A DNA stretch of 10,134 bases from Anaerolineae bacterium (lineage in GTDB: Bacteria > Chloroflexota > Anaerolineae > S140-20): NCBI GenBank assembly GCA_027021705.1, contig JALUTT010000078.1, positions 1-10,134 on the forward strand, in the 5' to 3' direction. Positions 1 through 6,400 of the stretch are shown here, piece by piece. The position numbers and the translations under genes were made by a program. The notes beneath the pieces are model-generated. The model saw only the letters and a list, made by a program, of their open reading frames with translations, was not told where the DNA came from and did no database searches. The number at the start of each line of letters is the position of its first letter. Position 1 is the first letter of the stretch.

Positions 1-479
1 CGCAGCGTGCCGCTGCTATCCCAGAGGGAGAACTCCACCTGGCGGGGGGCCGGGTTGGCGATCCGCAGGGTGTAGAACTCGCCGGTGGGCAGCCCCCCCA
101 CATACCCCTCGTTCCAGAGGTGCTGCGCCGGGTTCAACTGGGAGAGCCGGAAGGAGCAGCCCATCGTCGCCCCGCTATCCCCCACACTGCAATCCACCGC
201 CAGGTAGCGGTTCGCCTCGTCGTCCCGCAGTTGGGCGTAGAAGAGGTTCCAGCGGGCGTCGGGGTAGATGGTCGCCTTCCACTCCGCCCAGGCCCCTACG
301 CCGGTGAAGTTGAGCCGCTCCCTCAGCCGGATGCCTGCACTCTCGTTCCAGTCCGGTGTGTAGGTCTCCCCTCGGCTGCCGATGAGCAACCCGCCGCCGG
401 TGTAGAGTTGGATGCTCGCCTGCGTCCACGTCACCCATCGTTCGGTGTCCAGCGTGTCGAATTCGTCGGTGTACCCGTA
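1..479 (-). other. Globular, probably ConA/LamG-like beta-sandwich domain after the RHS repeats (partial)
   Basis: YGYTDEFDTLDTERWVTW...GLLIGS...WAEWKATI...FYTLRIA...VEFSLWD. The DEFD.LD...W start and the aromatic beta-strand pattern suggest a ConA-like fold. The fold call is inference. Confidence 0.45.
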
Positions 480-3400
480 TGTGGCCGGCAGAGGAATGGG
501 CGACCGGTTCCGGGCCGGACCTCGCCCCGGCCTGGCCCGTCCCCTCACCGGCACCTCCCGGCCGGCCCGCTCGACCGGCAGCAGGGCCACCGTCCGACCG
601 CCGGCCGGCATCACCACCGGACGCACCGCCGGCCCCTGCGCCCCCCCGACCGACCGGGCCGTCTCCCCACCGGCGCGGACCAGCATCCGCTCCCGGGCAA
701 CCGCCGCCACCGGCTCCCGCAGCTCCAGCGTCGCGCCGGGCCAGAAGACCTCGTAATGCTCCCCCACGTAGAGGGTCGTCCCCGCTTCCGTGATCTTCGC
801 CACCCGCACCCCGTCCCCGTCGTAGACGAAGCGGGTCACCGTCTCCGTCACCCCCTGCGTCCTCGTCACCACCACCAGCCGGTTCTCGGCGTCGAAGGCT
901 TGCCGGTAGGTGATCACCTCTGTTCCGCTCACCACCACCCGCAGCGTCATATTCCCCTTGGCATCGTAGGCGAACCGGGAACCGTCGTCCCCGCCCGTCA
1001 CCGCGTGCACGTGGGCCGGGTCTTCGTAGGCGTAGCGCACCGCCCCCTTCCGCCGCAGGTTCCCCCGCTCGTCGTACCCGTATGCCTCCTGATAGGGGGC
1101 CGGCCCTCCCGTCCCCTCGGCCTCCACCAGCCGGTCCAGGGAATCGTAGGCGAACCGCTGGCTCTCCCCCAGCACGCTGTCGGTGATCACCAGCACGTTC
1201 CCCACCCCATCGTAGGCATACGCCAACTGCTGCAACACCCCCTCCGGCCCTCGCCGCTCCAGCCCCGTCAGCCGCAGGGAGAGAGGATCGTAGGTGTAGG
1301 TCGTCTCCACCCCGTTGCCCAGGACCAGACCCGTCAGCCGGCCCGCCGCATCGTAGGTCGCCCCGGTGACGTAGGCCGCTGCCCCCACCAGCGTCGCCGG
1401 CCGTCCCCCGGCGTCGTAGGTCTGGGTCACCACCTCCCCGTCGGGATAGGTGATCCGCACCACCCGGTCCATCCCATCGTAGCCGTAGGTGGTGGTGTAG
1501 ACCCCCAGCCCCTCGAAGGCCCGGCTTTCCTCGATCGGCCGCCCCCGCTCGTCGTAGCGATAGTGAGCCGAACCGCCGGCATACGTCATCGAGGTCCGGT
1601 AGCCGATCCCCCAGGCCCCCTCGTCGTAGCCGTAGACCGCCAGCACCTGACCGCCTTCGTCCAGATCCGCCGTCCGGGTCACCCACCGCTTCCTCACCGG
1701 CCGGTCCAACTCGTCATAGTCAAAGACGACCCACTGCCCATCCGCCCCCTGCTGCCGGATCAGGTTCCCCACCGCGTCGTACTCGTATGTCCAATGTCCC
1801 ATATCGGGATCGTCCATCGCTTCCTTCCGGCCCAGCGGGTCGTAGGTGATCACCGTCGTCGCCCCCAGGGCGTCCTGCACCGCCACCAGGTTGCCCCGCA
1901 CATCGTAGGTGTAGACCGTCGTGGCGTAGAGGACCGGACCGCTCTCCACCGTCCCCGTGTACTCCTCTACCCGCGTCAACCGGCCGTAGGCGTCGTAAGC
2001 CTGAACCCGCCGGTGGCCGTTGGCATCCACCACCGTCGTGGTCCAACCGCTGTAGGAGCGCTCCTCGGCGGTGCCGTCAGGTCGCTCCACCCGCACCACC
2101 CGGCTCAGGGCGTCGTAGGTGGTCCGGGTGGCCGGCGTCTCCTCGGGCGGCGCCTGGTAGTCCGAGGAGAAGGCCGCCAGGAAGGGATGGGTGACCGTCA
2201 CCGCCCGCCCCAGGACGTCGTAGCCCGTCTCCTGAACGACCTGTTGACCGTTGGCTGCTTCGCTCCGGGTCTGCACCGGCCGCCCCAACCCGTCGTAGAG
2301 CCGGATGGTGGTGTAGACGCAATCGGCGCAGCCGCTCTCCTCCCGCCGCCGCTCCTCAACGGCGAAGGGGGCCGGCCCGTCGGCGTAGGTGGTGCTCACC
2401 GTCGGCATCTCGAAGCTGTCCCCGGGCCGGACCACCGCCGTCACTCGCCCGAAGGGATCGTAGCGATAGGCCGTCGCCGTCGCCTCGCCGTTCGGCCCCC
2501 ACTCCCGGTAGAGGGCTCCGAAGGCTGCCCCCTCGGCCTCCATCCCCGGCCCGTTCACCCCGTAGTACTCCCGGTAGCGACACCGCTCCAACGGCGTCCC
2601 CACCGCCTGACAGACCCGGACGGGGAAGCGGTGGTAGAGGTCGTCGTAGGTCGTCGTCGTCCGCCGGCCCAAGGCGTCCGTTTGGGCCGTTCGATTGCCG
2701 TAACCGTCGTATTCGTAGCTCGTCCGATAAGGACTCCCCACGGAGCCCTCTTCGACCCGCGTCGGCGCTCCCCGCTGCGGGGCCGCGTCCAAGGGCTGAT
2801 CGTCGTAGTAGAAGTAGCGCCGCGCCACCGCCAGGTCCGGGGCGTCCTCCGTCTGGATGCCCTCGTAGACCATCTCCGTCGCCACCCGATCCACGATCCA
2901 TACATCCGCCAGCGTGTTGACGACGAAGGTCCGCCGCACCGTCCGCTCGTCCCCGGTGACGACCGCGTCGCCGTAATCATACTCGGCCACGACGTTGCCG
3001 TAGTCGTCGTAGGCGTAGGCGACCCATCGCTGCACCGGGCCTCCTTCCGCCGCCGTCGTCGTCGTCACCGCCCGGACGTAGAAGAAGGCCGATCCACCCG
3101 CGTAATCCCACGTCGGCGTGACCACCCACCGGTAGCCCCAGGTCTGCGTCGTCCGCCGCTGCACCTCTCCCGCCGCATCGGCGATCTCCTCCTCGGCCAT
3201 CCGCCCCGTCAGCGGCCAGGCCAGCACGAAGCGCTGGGTCGCCCGGTAGAGCAGCCGTCCCCCCTCGTCGTAGGCCCGCTCTCGCGACCACTCGTACCCC
3301 TTCAGCCCCCAACTCCGAACGCCGTCGTCACAGGGGGTGTCGGTTGCGTCGTAGCAGGGGGGGCCGTAGTCGTAAACCCATCGTCCCACCTGGCCCATCC

Positions 3401-6400
3401 CGTCCAGGACCCGCCGTTCCCGCACCCGATAGTGGTAGCCGTACCGGTCGTTGACCACCGTCTGCTCGTAGTCCACCTCGAACCGCCCGCCGTAGCCGTT
3501 CTCCACGGCCACCAGGCGGCTATAGGGATAGCTTCGCCCGTTGGCCCACTGGGGACGGGTGTTCTCCAGGGCCTGGTAGGTGAAGGTCGTCGTCGGCAGC
3601 ACCGCCCCGCCGGCCTCCCCGCCCAGCCCGTACTCCCGGACCCAGGCCAGCAGCCGCACCTGCCCGTTGAAGGTGTACCCCGGCCGGTACTCCCGCACCA
3701 GCGACCCATCCTCCCACACCTGGACGCCGATCAGGTAGTCCTGCTGGAAGAAGAGGTAGTCGTCCCGGTCAAAGCGGTCCGCGTTCGGCGCGCCGGCATC
3801 ATCGGCCCGGGGCGCCCGCAGGAAGCGGACCTGTGTCCCCCAGCCGCCCCCTTCCTTCGGGTTGTACAGGATCTCCGACAGGTAGCCGGCCCGCTCACAG
3901 CGGTAGGGGTCGTTCTCCTCTTCGTCGTAGTGGAAGATCACCTCGTTGCCCCATCGGTCCCGGATCCGGTCCAGCCGCCAACGGTAGGTCGTCCGCCCCA
4001 GGAAGGCCACATCGCACAGCACCTGCTCGGCGTCGGGCTCGTAGCCGAACCGGTACTCGACCCCTTCTTTCGTCCTGACCACCCAGTAGGTCCCTTGCGC
4101 GTTGCTCTGGGTTGCTTTCTGCTCGATGTAGAAAAAGGCTTCCTCGTGGGTGCGATAGCGTCCCAGCCCCTCCAGGGTGGAAGGAGGCTTTCCCGACTCG
4201 GGGATCAGCGGGTAGGCGGTGCCGTTGATGAGCAGGGTGTACTTGTGGAGACCGGTGCAAAGCTGGACGTGACCGTTCTCGGGGTTGGACCAGGGGCACC
4301 AGTTGACGTCCCGGGTGATCTGGGGCACATCCAGGCTCCAGCCCAGCCCCACCCAGTCGGCTTGAACGTCGGCGAGGATTCCGTCCATCCGATCGCTGTG
4401 GTAGGTGAGGGCCAGGTCGGGTTGGAGCCCGCCCCGCCCTGCCGGCACCGCCAGCGGATAGCGGTAGCTCACCCCACCTCGGAAACGATCCACCGTTGGC
4501 TCGTTGACCGTCAATTGCCAGCCGTTCTCGCTGGTCACGCCGGCGGCGTAGTCGGAGAAGTGCTCCAGCGTCGTGGTGATCCGCCCCGCCGCCCATCCCA
4601 CCCCCCGCAGGGTCAGGTAGCGCCACTCCTCCTCGGTGCCGACGGCCCGGTAGGCCACGTAGGGCCACCACCCCTCCGGCAGCGCCCCCAGGTCGGCCAG
4701 CCCTGCCAGGTCTACCGTCAGCGTCACCGGCCGTTCAAACCGTAGGTCGGGCTCCAAAGAGAAGCGCAGCACCCACCCCCGCCGGTCCGGGGGCAGCGCC
4801 GGCCCAGGGTAGGCGGTCAGCGTCACCTCCCGCGTCGCCGTCACCGCCCCCGCCGGTGCCGCTACCGTCACCCGTCCATCGGCCGAGGTGACCTGTCCCC
4901 CCTCGGGCCCCAGCGTCCCCGTGGTCACCGTCCCCACCCAGAGGGTCGTCGAGGCCACCGCCGTCTCCGTCACCCCCTGCAGGCTCACCCGGGCCTGCCA
5001 GAAGCGCGGCCCTGCCTCCGTGCCGGCGACGACGGTGATGGAGACGGTGTGGGTCACCCGTCCCCCGGGGGCCAGCGGAGCGAGGGACCAAGAGGTCGGC
5101 CGGGCCTCCAACCCTGCGTCCAGGGTGAGCTGTACGTTGCCCGGCGGACTGTTCTCCACCCCGGTGTTCTCGATCCTTATCGTCCCCGTGACCACCTCTC
5201 CGGGCAACGCCAGGTCGGGCCGGGAGAGCAGGGTCACCGCCAGGTCGTTCTGGGCCGCCGTGCCCGTGACGGTGATGTAACGGGCGCGGAGCCGCCGGCT
5301 GCGCCCGTCCGGCCCTTCGACGGTCAGCGTCACCGTGTAGACCCCCGCCCGTCGGTAGACGTGGGTGTGGGTCGGGCCGGAGACGGTCCCGGTGATCCCA
5401 TCGCCGTAATCCCACCGGCGACGCTCGATGGTCCCCACCGACCGGTCTTGGAAAGTGACCGTCAGCGGGACCCCGCCCTCCAGCGGGCTCGCCTCGAAGT
5501 CGGCCCACAACGGCGCGTAGGGCTGGGCGAAGACCTCGTCCCGCGCCGTCTGCCACACCAACAGTGCCTCCGTCTCCCCCGTTCGGACCGCCAGCCCGCT
5601 CTGGGGCGCGTTCCCCACTTCTTCGACCAGCACCTCCTCGGTCAACGGGGTCCCGTCGCCGTCGAAGCGTCGGCCGTACAGGTCCGCTTGCCACCCCCAG
5701 TTCCGAAAGTCCTCCCACACCATCAGCAGCCCGCCGCCGCCGCCCAGCGCCCCCACCACCGGGTCCCGTTGGTCCTTGGCCTCCGCCACCAGGGCCACGT
5801 TCGTCCCGCTCAGCACGCCGCTCCCCTCGACCCACTGCCCGTACAGGTCGTACCCACCGTTCCGCCGGTCCCCCCACACCACCAAGTACCGGTCCGCTCC
5901 AGACCGGTAGGCCACCGCCGGCCGACGCTGGTCCCCACCGGCCTGGCTCAGGGCGAAGGGGGCTCCCTCCACCTGCCCATCCCCCCGCACGAAGCGACCG
6001 TACACGTCGTAGTTCCCGTCCCGCCGGTCCTCCCATACTACCAGGAAGCGGTCGCGTCCGCCGTCGTAGGCCAGCGCCGGAGCGGCCTGCACCGAGGCCG
6101 CCGTCACCAGGCTGAAGTCGCTCCCGCTCAACACCCCCGTCGTCGCAACCACCTGCCCTGCCAGATCCATCCCGCTGCGGGTGTCCCGCCAGACCACCAG
6201 GTAGGCTCCCGTCGCCTCGCCGTAGCCTACGACCGGTTCCGTCTGGGCCTTGCCCGTCGTGGCCGCGATGGGGAAATTCCCTCCGCTCAGGCTCCCGTCC
6301 CCCTGCACCACCTGCCCGTAGACATCCCCTTTGCCGTCCACCCGCGTGTCCTCCCAAACCACCAGGTAGCTCCCGTCGGCCGCCGCCGCCACCCGGGGCG

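Noticed and set aside
120..4745. 1541-aa plus-strand ORF (and plus-strand ORFs 5049-6584, 6636-7907, 7989-8969)
   Set aside because: These are antisense shadows of the real minus-strand RHS gene. The V/R/P/H-rich text with recurring VV/IV is the reverse complement of YD codons, and no domain is recognisable. Long stop-free antisense frames are expected at high GC.
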